Assembly (NCBI GenBank): GCA_027923505.1
Contig: BROI01000005.1
Coordinates: forward strand, 1,116,001 to 1,180,000
DNA length: 64,000 nt
Direction of reading: 5' to 3'
From: Mayamaea pseudoterrestris
Taxonomy: Eukaryota
Part shown: one piece after another, positions 20,857 through 32,267 of the stretch
Numbering within the stretch: position 1 is the stretch's first letter
How the letters are laid out: every line of letters begins with the position of its first letter
Program-made: the position numbers and the translations under genes
The notes under the pieces: model-generated
Seen by the model: the letters and a program-made list of their open reading frames with translations, nothing else
Database searches by the model: none
Told to the model about the DNA's origin: nothing

Positions 20857-22005
20857 ATGACAAAAAAGTCGAGCGCACAGATCAAACGCAATCTTAAGCG
20901 AGCAGAGGCGCGTGGCGATGTCTATGTTCCTCCAACGTCAGCAACCAAGGTGGAGGCATCGCCAAACAAAGGCGGTGATTCCTCATTGGACGCTCGCAGA
21001 GCAACGGCGCAGAAGCTTTACGACACGTTAAAGGCGTTGGAGAGTAATCCAGACATTAATGCTAAGGACAGACGATCGGAGAAAAGAAAAGCAATGGCGA
21101 TTGCTAATGAGGAATCTGGAATGGCGGCAGAGGAATTGTTGGATTGGTTTGGCATCGAGCGCAAGACTAACAATAAAAGTGACTCTACGAGCAAGATACA
21201 AGCAAACGAAAAGGTCCCAAATCTCCGTCACAGCCGACACATTCCATATATTGCCTTCATTGGACAATTGTCCTTTACGACCACCAAAGAAATGTTGTAC
21301 GAGCACATTCACAAAGCACTTGCCAACGAGAAACTCCACGTCACACTCGACACTTTGCGCATTCGACTATTGAACGACGCCAAAACAAAGAAGTCTCGTG
21401 GAATGGCATTTGTGGAGGTGTTTGATCCGGAGATATTGTACGCGCTGCTGAAGTTGCATCACACCATGCTCGATAGTCGAAGAATTAATGTTGAGCGAAG
21501 CACCGGTGGTGGCAAGGAAGGCAAAAAGGAGAAGATTGAGCTGTTTCGCAAGGACCAGCAAGCTTTCATGTTATCTCAGGTTCAGCAAATTATAATGGAG
21601 TATAATAGCAGGAAGGAGATAGCCGTAGGAGAGCTTGACGACACTGCCATTTTGGTTTGCACCAGACATTCTCCAGTCATTGTCCAGGCTGCCCTGGACT
21701 TGTACGTGGAGAAAAGTGGGAGAGATATGGACAACCCAAGCGCATATTTTACGTTCTTGATTACTAAAATGGCGGAGGAAGTTGTCGATGCGACACAAGA
21801 TACGAGTGAACGCCAACGCATGGGAGGCGATAGGGAACATCGAAAACGCCCACGTGGCCAATCGGCAACAGAAACACCCTTACTTTCATTGAAACAAGAC
21901 ACTGATTTTGCGAGGAGTGGCATCGACATGTCAGTAAGCGAGTCTGGTGGAGATTTGAGTTTGATATTTCCTTCGTCAAAGAGAGGCCGAGGCCGTGGCC
22001 GATAA
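20857..22005 (+). CDS. NOP6-like nucleolar RRM protein
   Basis: RNP2 YIAFIGQLSF, RNP1 SRGMAFVEV, LKLHHTMLDSRRINVERSTGGG, C-terminal RGRGRGR. ATG 20857 has ACCACCATG context. Confidence 0.8.
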   Translation: MTKKSSAQIKRNLKRAEARGDVYVPPTSATKVEASPNKGGDSSLDARRATAQKLYDTLKALESNPDINAKDRRSEKRKAMAIANEESGMAAEELLDWFGIERKTNNKSDSTSKIQANEKVPNLRHSRHIPYIAFIGQLSFTTTKEMLYEHIHKALANEKLHVTLDTLRIRLLNDAKTKKSRGMAFVEVFDPEILYALLKLHHTMLDSRRINVERSTGGGKEGKKEKIELFRKDQQAFMLSQVQQIIMEYNSRKEIAVGELDDTAILVCTRHSPVIVQAALDLYVEKSGRDMDNPSAYFTFLITKMAEEVVDATQDTSERQRMGGDREHRKRPRGQSATETPLLSLKQDTDFARSGIDMSVSESGGDLSLIFPSSKRGRGRGR

Positions 22006-22083
22006 AGGTTTCTGAAATAATGTTACAATTATTTTTCATCCGTGAACCACACGATAGTAACGTGCAGTAAATGGCAGTAGCCG

Positions 22084-23457
22084 CTATTTAGTCAGCTTTC
22101 GTCTTCCCTTTGTCGGTGTCCAATTCATCCCTAGTGCATCCAGTTGTCGACGCCTATCATCTCCACTCTTTCCTTTCAAGTACGCCTGCTTGATGCGCAC
22201 ATCCTTCAGACGCTGCCCAAGTGGCAAACCTGAAAGATATTCAGGCCATGGCCAATCTTCTTGAGAAATAGCACTTGGTTTCTTGGGCACGACAAAGTTG
22301 AGAGGAACATCGAGTATCCGTCCGTTACGTCGAGAGTATATGGCCGACGCATGAACAACTTTGAGCCAACCCAAGTCTGCGTTCCCAGACGAGCGAAAAC
22401 CAAGCTCGTTTAACATGAACTGAAACCGCGGTTCATTTTTGATATAAAGTCCCTTTCGCACTGCTGAACATTTGACGCCAAGTGGATAACCCCATAAATC
22501 CTCGAGCCATTCTGACGCCGCTGGCACAACATAGTCGCTTGGAACGCGTACAATTTTCTGGTCGCCATTCTTGCTAAACGGGCCCGATTGCTTTAATAAC
22601 GCAAAGTGTCGTAAAGCAGTATAAAACTTTCGGAATCTATGCTCTTGAATGTCCCAAACAAAACCAATCGCCTCCAATTGGTCTCGCCTGGAGCCTGCAT
22701 GGTGCCCACGAAGAAAATCGTTGCGAGCTCGAATGCGATAGACACAGCTGCCCAGAGGCAGTCCCCATGTGGCGCGAGGCCACTGCAAATCGTCTCGTGG
22801 AACAACAAATCTATAGGGAACAAGTAGATTGCCATTGATGGATCGGAACATGACGAGTCCTTCGAGAATGAGGTTCCATTCGGGTTGTAGTCGCTCCCAA
22901 ATGAATCCAAGTTTATTGAGTCGGGATACTCGCTCAGGTCGGTTCTTTATGTGCTGCTTCCACCACTTCATGCTGTACACTGTTGATGAAAGGTCTATGC
23001 GTTGCCATTCGCTAGGATACGTTGAATCAACGGGGACGGTAAACCGCCGAGGTAGCACCAAATCACCGTGAATAGAGTGGTAAACTTGTAGGGCAGCAAA
23101 CGCCGACTCAAAAGACAAGTCCGCAATGCTGGGCTGACCGTTTGCGAGTAGATCCTCCGAGGTACTATTATCTATTGTCTTTGGTCGTCCACAAGATGTC
23201 ATATTCCTCTTGACACTTGGTGATTCGTTTGAGTCTGCGCCGATTCGATGACTTCTTGCTTCGCTCGGTACGACATTTCCATTTCCGACAAACGCTTTCC
23301 TTACAAGGACAGCTGACGTTGACCTTTTAAACGATAATGCACAGCTTTCGAACGAGAAAGCAACGCTACAACTTTGACGAAACGTCGTCAAAGCAACAAC
23401 GAGTAAGCACCGCCCCACCATAAATTTTTCCAGTCGAATACACGAATAAGGCTTCAT
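22084..23457 (-). CDS. Helicase-associated (HA) domain repeat protein, probably plastid-targeted
   Basis: About 4 repeats of the type ALQVYHSIHGDLVLPRRFTVP...WP..LWG.PLG...LxxLGFxW. N-terminal signal-like LLVVALTTF followed by SVAFSF. Confidence 0.8.
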   Translation of the reverse strand: MKPYSCIRLEKFMVGRCLLVVALTTFRQSCSVAFSFESCALSFKRSTSAVLVRKAFVGNGNVVPSEARSHRIGADSNESPSVKRNMTSCGRPKTIDNSTSEDLLANGQPSIADLSFESAFAALQVYHSIHGDLVLPRRFTVPVDSTYPSEWQRIDLSSTVYSMKWWKQHIKNRPERVSRLNKLGFIWERLQPEWNLILEGLVMFRSINGNLLVPYRFVVPRDDLQWPRATWGLPLGSCVYRIRARNDFLRGHHAGSRRDQLEAIGFVWDIQEHRFRKFYTALRHFALLKQSGPFSKNGDQKIVRVPSDYVVPAASEWLEDLWGYPLGVKCSAVRKGLYIKNEPRFQFMLNELGFRSSGNADLGWLKVVHASAIYSRRNGRILDVPLNFVVPKKPSAISQEDWPWPEYLSGLPLGQRLKDVRIKQAYLKGKSGDDRRRQLDALGMNWTPTKGRRKLTK

Positions 23458-23838
23458 AGTGCTTTCGCATCAGTTGTTGTATCCGATGGTCCAACTCACA
23501 ATGGATTGGCTGGCATGTTTTGCCAGTAGGATTGTTGAAAATTATTGTGTATTTGTCAACTAGCAGCCACCATCTATCTCATGGTTGTTGACAGGTGTGG
23601 ATGATGTCGTCCAAATTTGCTGGATGATGCTGTTCAAGCTATTCAGTAACGGTGCGTCAAGGGGGACACACGCTTCTTCTGTCCCTATGCGACATTTGCG
23701 ACATTTTATTTCTGGTTCGTTGCGCTTGTGCTAACGTCACCATGAATTTTTACAAAACGTATCTAGCGTTGCACCAACAAGGACCAGAACCGTAAATCAA
23801 ACAAGGACCCAGAATCCGCGTTGCCGCATAGCTGTGCC

Positions 23839-25336
23839 ATGAGCTCCAATCAATCGTCATCTATGCAAACGTTTCGATCTGACGTATCAACAGCACCGAC
23901 CTCGGAGTATATCTTTGTCGATCCGCGTTCCATCGAGAGACACATGCGCAAGGAAGCTCGCAAGCTTTTCGTCCTTGAGCGAGCCGATATACTGTTGCAG
24001 CTTCCTTCGCCATACAAACAGAGCTTTAATCGAGTCATGTTTTGGATGAAGAAATACCCGACGCCTATTCTGATTTTATCTTGTTACGACGTTCCTCCGG
24101 GGCCGCTGCGTGCTCGTTGGATGGCTCGCTTTCTTCAGGTACGCAAGAATTGAGGCAGGAGTTCTTCACTGTCATACTAAATATGAATTAAATGTATTCT
24201 ACTTATAATTGACGCGTTCTTCTATGTTCATTCATCAGGAACGTGAAAAGAATAACGGGATGATCAACATGCCTTTACTTGCCTACCAATATGGGGTATC
24301 TTTGGGATCATTGGGCACTGCCTGCCCTCGTGAAGATGCCTACACTTTTCTAGAGCCATCGCAGGACCAGCTCATCCCATTTGAAGAAGGTGTAAAATAC
24401 GCTTTTGACCAAATTCCTCGTGAAATCCAAAAGAAAATTTTATTGAAACTTCCATTGGACGCAGTGGACAAGCAAGCTCTTGACTCGCGGAAGGAAATGC
24501 AGGAGGCATTCAACACCAAGAGTGAGCGGCGAGGTGGCTATCCCTCGTTTGAAGAGGGCTATAACTTGCTTTATTGCAAGTTGAGCGACAACGATCAGCA
24601 GCCATCACCACCAGCCGCTGCCTCATCGTTGCAGAATAGCCATGCGTTAGCAAATACCGCCCTTTCCGAGTCGCAGGCATCACCAAGTCGCGACAATCTA
24701 GCAAAGATTAAGGTCGGAAGCCGTATCGAAGTGTTCTGGCCGGAAGACGACGAGTACTACCCAGCACGAGTCGATGAGGTGCGGAGACCCTTTTACCATA
24801 TTAACTATGACGACGGAGAGGAAGAATGGTTGCCGCTTGATGAGCACGAATACTTATTGCACGAAGACGGAAGTGAAAGCCAAAGAGAGATTGACTCAGT
24901 CAAGAACGAGGGAATTCGTTTCTTGAAAAGTGATTATGAAGACGCTGGCCTCCAAAACTCTGAGGACGAGGGTAAACATGTCGAGAGCCTAAGTAGAGCA
25001 ATCACCAAAAATACCTCTAAGATTCCTAGACGATCGGAACCTTTTTTGACCGGCCTGGCTAACGACGAGCAATCGGGATATCTAAAAAAGTCTGGCGATC
25101 GCTTTACAGTCGATGGTTGCATCATACCCAAGCAGACTCTTCGCCAGCTCAACGATGGCACGTATGCAGCTCCGAAAGGCCGCCATCCTATCGGGACATA
25201 CTTTGACGCGATGCGGGGACTGTTTGTCCCCTACAAGACCAGGTCTGACGCTGCCGAGACGGACCATCCGTTATCGGAAAACGATGTGTCCCATGAAGGG
25301 CAGCAGCCGATTAAGAAGCGCAAAGTGCTTGACTAG
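23839..25336 (+). CDS. Tudor-domain nuclear protein; exons 23839-24138, 24239-25336
   Basis: Tudor-like VGSRIEVFWPEDDEYYPARVDEV...YHINYDDGEEEWLPL. Phase-0 GT-AG intron 24139-24238 joins two track ORFs. C-terminal NLS PIKKRKV. Confidence 0.75.
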
Positions 25337-25493
25337 TTGTTTAAAACCACGATGCCTAAACTTTGTATATCATACTATATGGTGCACTTTCCTTATCAGC
25401 GACAGTATACTTGTGCGCGCCGATCAACGTCAATGGGAGCGCTAAAACTAACAACGCAAACTTTCGCTCGCACATGCACCACGACAAATGCTA

Positions 25494-26549
25494 TCATTTC
25501 TCCTTTCCCTCAGAGGCAAGCTTTGCGTCCTTCTTCTTTCCCTTTGAGCGGGTCGCGAGGTGCATGGACATGATACACTTAGCAACGACGAAACCAGGTA
25601 ATTGAGATAGAATCCAGCCTTGGAGAGCATGCAACCAGAATGGCTGAACCAATGAGTCAGGGTACCCAACCCACTTGATAGCCATTCGAACGTACGCCTC
25701 TGGCGTTGGCACCATCAAACTTTTGCGCATCTTCGCCAATTTAGTTGCGACGTAAAAGGGGATCTGGCATTGGCAGGTCACGCCCCTGTTGCGATACTCA
25801 GCATTCAAAGCGCGAGAAAATTTTTCGATAAAGCTCTTAGCGCCTGAATACTCGGCCAACAAAGGAAGTGTGTATAATGCTGATCCGGAGGAAAGGTTGA
25901 CAATTGCGCCCTTTCGGCGGCTCAACATTCCAGGCAGAACGATGCGTGTCATCCAGACAGTGGAGTCAATGTTCATCGTAAGCAAATCCTTGACCTCTTG
26001 GTTGGAAAGTTCGTCAAAGTACTGAGGGTAACGGTAACCCACACCGACGTTGTTGACGAGGACTCCAACTTCCATTGAATCCAAAACTTTTGTCACATTC
26101 GCCTTTGCCTCGTCATCAAAATTGCTGTAATCGCAAACGACAATCTTGACTTCAATGTTGGCGTATCTCTTCTTAATTTCCTCGCGAACCTCATTTAGTT
26201 TCGCCTCCGTTCGGCTGATTAAAACAACGTTCATGCCTTGCTTGGCAAAGGCAAACGCGTAAGCTTTGCCGATTCCGTCCGTCGCGCCAGTGACCACACC
26301 CCATTGCCCAAGTCGTTTCAAAGTCTTTGGTGGCCGTAAAAAGAATTTGAAAAACGCTACAACAATCTAAAGTAAAAGCGAAAACATTCCCGGCAGTGAT
26401 GAGAAATGATACTCCTATGCAGTTGAGTTCACAACCAAGTCGAGTTGCGGCTGACGTACCTGCAAAGCCACCGTTGCCACTTGAACTGCTCCGACGAAGG
26501 CGCACGTGGTCAAAATTAGAGACTCAGTTTCCAGCAATACAAAAGTCAT
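25494..26549 (-). CDS. KCR: Very-long-chain 3-ketoacyl-CoA reductase (KCR/HSD17B12-like SDR); exons 26549-26460, 26366-25494
   Basis: WGVVTGATDGIGKAYA, VLVNNVG, YSGAK (YxxxK), PFYVATKL. An N-terminal TM exon is joined by GT-AG intron 26459-26367. Confidence 0.92.
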
Positions 26550-26861
26550 AATCGAGTACTTGATATAACTACTGAAAGTCGCCCTTCTCTTACAGTACCT
26601 TGAATGAAGACCTGCGACGCAGTGACCCTGCGGCGGCGCGGCGAAGTGCAATGAGAGCATTTTCAGCGAGTCACCGTGACTGGTACAATAATGACGTACG
26701 TACTTGTACTCGTACGCGACCTTTTAGCTACCGTAGGTAGGCAAGCAACATTGCTCGGTTACGACATCAATGCACGAAGCCGAGGACGATCGTCCTGTAA
26801 TGTTCATGTAACGCAGCTACCAATAGATACAACTGATCAAAAGCCTTTTAACTTTTTCTAC

Positions 26862-27542
26862 TTAATTTCGGTTACCGAGGTTATTCATGTAATTTTGTGA
26901 GGTTTGGCCACCAACCATGCCTGTCGCTCGACGTTGGCGCTGCTTGGCACTGACGGCTTCCTGAATAGCCACTTGATATTCTTCTGCCGTCATTTCATCT
27001 ATTCCATCAATCACGTAAGTATTTGTTGTTCCATCGGCAACTCCAAACTTGCCGTCAAATCCGCGTGGGCCTACGTGCTCGGCGGCAGTATTATCTGTAT
27101 CTTGCTCAAAAGTGTTTGACGTTGCAGTTGGAATCGTTGTTCCATCGTCCACTAGGCTCTGAGATGACGATCGCAGAGGCCTCTTGTGTTCATTCTTCGA
27201 CATCTCGTCTCCAATGCGTGACAACTCCGATTCAAGGTCGTGCAGGTCCGCGGCAGTCAACGAAGATGGTCCGTCGTTGAATCGTTTGTCAAGCTTCTCG
27301 TAGGCGCTAGCGATATCAGCATATACAACTTCTTCAAATATTTTTGGTCGTTGCGCTTCTTCATCATTAAGATTTGTACTGGTGGCTCGTCTTGGCTTGG
27401 CCACGAATTCGTCAAATGTCGGCGAGGAGCGAGAACTGCGAGGGCCTCGAACCAATAAGCCGGGACTAGAAGAAAAAGCTAGAGTCTTGCCGTATAGCAA
27501 TATGGCTGTTGTAAGCGCTAGGCGTCCCAGTAATGTGTTCAT
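26862..27542 (-). CDS. Hypothetical plastid-targeted protein
   Basis: MNTLLGRLALTTAILLYGKTLAF|SSSPG is a signal peptide with an AF cleavage motif, followed by an S/R-rich transit peptide. The C-terminus YVIDGIDEMTAEEYQ...NYMNNL looks structured. Confidence 0.7.
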   Translation of the reverse strand: MNTLLGRLALTTAILLYGKTLAFSSSPGLLVRGPRSSRSSPTFDEFVAKPRRATSTNLNDEEAQRPKIFEEVVYADIASAYEKLDKRFNDGPSSLTAADLHDLESELSRIGDEMSKNEHKRPLRSSSQSLVDDGTTIPTATSNTFEQDTDNTAAEHVGPRGFDGKFGVADGTTNTYVIDGIDEMTAEEYQVAIQEAVSAKQRQRRATGMVGGQTSQNYMNNLGNRN

Positions 27543-27731
27543 TCTTCTCGCTGTACAGAAGCAATAACGTTGATTGCATGCTGCTCGAGTGGTCAAGAAA
27601 AAGTGTGTCGCTCGTTCTCAACGTCTCACCGTTACAGAACCTGTCCTTCCGGTATTCCACGTGGACCGCATCCGTCTCGCCAGCACCAAACGAACACACC
27701 GCGGTTCTTGGACACCACTTTACACACCATC

Positions 27732-29019
27732 ATGCCACCGAATCTCAAGTCAAGTAACTACTACGAAGTTCTCGGTGTCCCTAAGAGCGCCAATGATGCC
27801 GAATTGAAGAAGGCCTATCGAAAATTGGCGGTGAAAGTGAGTGCGAAGGACGAACGAACATTGTTGACTCATCAAGGTGCTGCCATGCTGCTGCCGCCGC
27901 CGCTGCGAGAGTTGTTTCCGACAAGCATTATGGTTTGGCAGATTTGTAAACTCGTAACTTATGCATATATTATATCAACTAATATGATCTCCATATCTGT
28001 TCCTGCAGTGGCATCCCGACAAGAATCCAGATAATGCTGAAGCGACGGAGAATTTTCAAAAGGTTTCTGAGGCGTACGCTATTCTAAGTGATCCCAAGAA
28101 GCGACAATTGTTTGATCAATATGGAGAGGATGGTGTCAAGGCGGCGGATCAGATGGGAGAAGACCAAGCCCATCAACATTTTGGAGGTGGACATGGTGGC
28201 GGTGGCGGCATGCCTGGAGGATTTCACTTCACAACAAGCGGTCGACCTGGAGGCGGCGGTGGAATGAGTCAGCAGGACGCTGAAGCTTTCTTCTCGAGCT
28301 TTTTCGGTCATGACGATCCTTTTGGCGGCGGTTTTGGCGGACTCGGCGGTGGTGGGAGACCTGGAATGTCCATTCGCATGGGAGGAATGCCTGGAGGACG
28401 ACAAGGTGATCCCATGTCCATGATGTTTGGCGGCGGCATGCCAGGCTCGTTTGGAATTCCTGTTTCGCAAGGCATGGGCCAAGGATCGCCGTTTGGAGGT
28501 ATGCCTTCATATCAGCAACCAAAACGCTTTGATGCAATTCCAAATGGGACGATCGTGTCGCTTGTCGGACTTGTCAATCAACCCGATCGAAACGGCGACA
28601 GAGGTGAGGTGATCGATTACGATGCGTCGGCGCGGCGATACACAATTGCAATTGAAGATTCAGATGAGGTTCTTCGAGTCAAGCCGGATAATTTGCTGCA
28701 GCATGTGCATGTGACGGTGCATGGGCTGCAATCGAAACCAGAGCTCAATGGCAAGCGGGGTACCGTGATTCGATACAATGAGCACACCAATCGATACAAC
28801 GTATATATCATGGATACGGGCGCTACGATTAGTCTCAAGCCAGAGAATGTGATTTTGGGCAATGGTACTGTGGCTCGAATTGTTGGGTTGCAAGCCAAAC
28901 CTGAATTGAACGGTCGCTACGGAACTATTAAAGCCTGGGTTCGAGAAACGAATCGATATGATGTGCAGCTATCGGGGGACCAGATTGTCCGAATCAAAAC
29001 GGAAGCTTTGCGATTGTAG
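27732..29019 (+). CDS. J-domain (DnaJ/Hsp40) protein with G/F-M linker and three C-terminal ~55-aa beta-repeats; exons 27732-27836, 28009-29019
   Basis: NYYEVLGV...[18 protein letters not shown]...[31 protein letters not shown] intron 27837-28008. C-terminal repeats GLxxxPxxNGxxGxVxxY...RYxV. Confidence 0.93.
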
Positions 29020-29072
29020 CAATATGATAGATTTTGCGACTACATATTTCACATTCTATAAACTCTACTATT

Positions 29073-30896
29073 CTAATGTTTGTCATATTGCATCAGGCAA
29101 AATGACGGAAACATTCCAATGCAGCAAGGAAACCAGGTGTCGCAGAGCTCCCACGGCCCCTCCGGCGTTGTTTCGTCGGCTCTTAGAGCAGAACAATCTG
29201 CCACTTCAACGTCTCCTGCCGGCCGAGCAGACGTACAATTGCGTAAACAACTAGTCATCGAATCACACCCTAGTGATTGCGACGCTGATTTCTGCATGAT
29301 CGTCGCCGTCATAGTAAACGAAGGATCCAAGTCGGCGTCGTCGAAACTACCTTGTGCATGTCTTCCATCAGCGCAACCTCGGTCGAAATCGTCAGCATAA
29401 TCCTTGCTAGCCAGTGTAGTCGTCAGCAAATTATATGATTTTTGCACGCGCGAACCCTCGCGCATTCGGCTGCCATCAAGCGGCCTGCACTTGTCGTGCA
29501 CAAATGCAATTGGAAAGTTGAGCGCTTTTATGACTTCGACGTACTCGCTGTTGTAGCTTCTGTCCGCTTTCAAGATGTCCAGCGACGACATGAATCCATG
29601 GCTCAACAGAAATTCCAGCCACAACGAAAGAAAGTAGAGCTTTCGATTAATGACAAACAAGTTAGTAATTTTTCCAGCTTCTTTCAGTGAACTCTCCAGC
29701 GTTACAACCGCGTCAACCAGACGGAGCAAGAGCGGAGATAGGAATCCAGGCCATTCTCTTGCAACCGCGCGAAGAAATGTCGAATGGTAGTGCCGCAGCT
29801 TCTTAAAGCCCTGGCTGGTCTGCGGAAACATATCAAGATCATTTGGTATTAAAGCTGACATGTCCACAAGGAAATTTATAGCAAGACGGAATGCCAAGTC
29901 CATCGGAATATTAGACTTGATGAAGCGTCGGGTGCAATCGTACGGTGTTGGAATGGATTCTGATGCCTTCTCCTTTGTTCGTTTCGATTTTGCGTCGGTC
30001 ACTTTACAATCATTATGCTTAACAGGGCGTTCATCTTTTTTCTGTTTCTTCTTGGGCTCCTGCAGCACTGCAAAGCTGTTGAATGTGGTTCCGCACCTTG
30101 ATCCGCGAAATGCACCAAGCAAAATATCACAATCGTCGGATTCGTCTCCTTCACTATTGCATGTGACATTGCCGTTGTCTTTCGTGCTTGACGTGGTTAG
30201 TGGATTGTTTGCAGAAAGTTTTGTTTGGTCAGGCTGCTGACTCGAATTCGTTTCGACTGAGCAGCTCTTGCGATAATCTTCCAAAATCATTGTCCCCTGC
30301 TTCTCATATTCAAGGCGTTTACTCTCAAGTTCATCCCAGTAAACTGCATGAAAGTAATGGAGTAAAGTCGAAGCCGCCATTCGTAGAACAGCAAGGGACG
30401 GAAGCTCATTGTGGGTCGCTCGATGACGAATCTCGACCAGCCAGCTGGGAATGCCGAGTTGACTGGACCGTTGTGCAATACTTGTGGCTACTGCACGCTC
30501 TTGGTCAAGCGCATCCGCTAAGCCATTTATTGATCGAATGATTGCTGATGCGTATGATAATCTCAGTTCCGTCGAGGAGCAGCTATTTGCGTCGCAGCAG
30601 TGTTCTCTCCAAAGTAATTGCGCCAACGCAGCCGATGAATCAATGGCGTGGGGCAACCTTTGACTTCGGACCCTCCACACTGCAATTCTCTCTAAAGCGT
30701 GCTCTATTTTCTGGGGTTCACATGTGGATACGTTCGTTGCAGCAGTGACGAGGGATTGGCCGACGAATGCAAACTCATCACTGTCAATCCATGGCGTGAC
30801 GAGCATCTGCGACTTCCAAAGTACGTTGCGCTTGATCAAAGCATCGTTCAGCTTTGAGGATCCGCGTTTTCGCTTTCTATCCAAGGTTGAGCTCAT
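29073..30896 (-). CDS. LAS1: LAS1/LAS1L HEPN endoribonuclease (pre-rRNA ITS2 cleavage)
   Basis: VTPW...WRVRSQRLPHAIDSSA...LRLSYASAIIRSING...LGIPSWLVEIRHRATHNELPSL, containing the RHxATH HEPN motif. Confidence 0.92.
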   Translation of the reverse strand: MSSTLDRKRKRGSSKLNDALIKRNVLWKSQMLVTPWIDSDEFAFVGQSLVTAATNVSTCEPQKIEHALERIAVWRVRSQRLPHAIDSSAALAQLLWREHCCDANSCSSTELRLSYASAIIRSINGLADALDQERAVATSIAQRSSQLGIPSWLVEIRHRATHNELPSLAVLRMAASTLLHYFHAVYWDELESKRLEYEKQGTMILEDYRKSCSVETNSSQQPDQTKLSANNPLTTSSTKDNGNVTCNSEGDESDDCDILLGAFRGSRCGTTFNSFAVLQEPKKKQKKDERPVKHNDCKVTDAKSKRTKEKASESIPTPYDCTRRFIKSNIPMDLAFRLAINFLVDMSALIPNDLDMFPQTSQGFKKLRHYHSTFLRAVAREWPGFLSPLLLRLVDAVVTLESSLKEAGKITNLFVINRKLYFLSLWLEFLLSHGFMSSLDILKADRSYNSEYVEVIKALNFPIAFVHDKCRPLDGSRMREGSRVQKSYNLLTTTLASKDYADDFDRGCADGRHAQGSFDDADLDPSFTMTATIMQKSASQSLGCDSMTSCLRNCTSARPAGDVEVADCSALRADETTPEGPWELCDTWFPCCIGMFPSFCLMQYDKH

Positions 30897-31302
30897 GAAC
30901 GGAACAGAGTCTGTCGTGTTCCTGAGGCGGGATCAAAGCGGTGATGATGAGCTTTCGGTTGTGAAGGAGTTAGGAGTACCGGTATCGTACCGTACTCTTG
31001 GTTGTCCGCGATTTTTTCTTCCAACACGTCACATCGGTGATGCTGTGACAGAAACGGCAAATGACTGTGATTTAAAGTCGGCATCCAAGTTCCTTGCACC
31101 TGCCGCTGCGTCTCAAGTGAAGCATAGAAAGCAAATGTATTTGTCTCTTCCAACCACTTGTAAAGTAATTAAACAGTTGAGAAGGATAGATTTTCATCTG
31201 TTGAACGCAGATCGCAGATAGTCGCAGTTTGCAAGTCGATTGACACGATTGACGATCGGCTGTCGACTGTCGACCGTCACGTTTGCGAAGACAGTATCTA
31301 TC

Positions 31303-31872
31303 ATGGCAAGCCGAAACCCTGAATTATTGTCAAAAGAAGATTGGTCGAATGGACCTCATAACTACAGAGGCACCCGTATACCTCCAGGAACGCTGGTTTC
31401 CTTTCATGGCTTGAAGAGTCTCTCTTATTTGAATGGAACAATGGGACATGTCTACGACTACCATTCGGCGAAGGGCCGTTATGAAGTTTGCGATTTCGAC
31501 AAGGCGAGACATCTAGTCAAATTTGAAAATATCAAGCAGCACCCAGAAGTCAAAATGGAAGGACTGCAGTCCAGGAAGGACCTCAACGGAAAAAAGGGGT
31601 TGGCGCTGGACATCGACAAGGCCAAGGATCGCTGGTCAATTCAAGTGGGGCAAGAGGTAGTTAGTCTGAAGAGAGACAATGTCATCTTTTTGCATGGCAC
31701 GTTCTGTAGAATTGTCGGGCTAAAAAACAAGACGGAATTGAACGGCGCGCACGCGACGATACGGTGGAAGGTTGATGCGGAGGAAACGCTTCAGAAGGAT
31801 CAGTTGCGATATGACCTTCATCTTGCTAATGGTGAGACGGTTCGTGTCAAGCAGGAGAATATACAGTTGTGA
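31303..31872 (+). CDS. Stand-alone triple beta-repeat protein, paralogous to the C-terminus of the nearby DnaJ
   Basis: IPPGTLVSFHGLKSLSYLNGTMG.../VKMEGLQSRKDLNGKKG.../CRIVGLKNKTELNGAHA... is colinear with Dna[13 protein letters not shown].../[17 protein letters not shown].../[17 protein letters not shown]. Confidence 0.8.
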   Translation: MASRNPELLSKEDWSNGPHNYRGTRIPPGTLVSFHGLKSLSYLNGTMGHVYDYHSAKGRYEVCDFDKARHLVKFENIKQHPEVKMEGLQSRKDLNGKKGLALDIDKAKDRWSIQVGQEVVSLKRDNVIFLHGTFCRIVGLKNKTELNGAHATIRWKVDAEETLQKDQLRYDLHLANGETVRVKQENIQL

Positions 31873-32267
31873 ACTGCAACACTCCTTTTGGATATCGTTT
31901 AGGTTTGGGATTGGCTATGATGGTGTACAACTACAGATGTCCCTGAGGTCGAATTATATTTGTTGTCACGACATTTTGCAGCATCTGATTTTGCAACAAA
32001 GATTATTGACAACCAGTTCATCTTCTAATCTTTCGACATCCACACTTACTTCACAATGTCGTACATTCAATCAAGGTTGTAAGTGCAATGTACAGTGCAG
32101 GTATAGTAGAAGGGTCAACGAATTGACTGTGAATTGAAAGAGTCGTACTGGTATCATACCGGGTTGTCACGATGACGATTCGAGACGAACATGTCACATT
32201 GCCATCGCTCACATGCACCATCCTATGTCATCATCAGACCGTTTGCGAGTTAAGTGCGCCCTTTACA

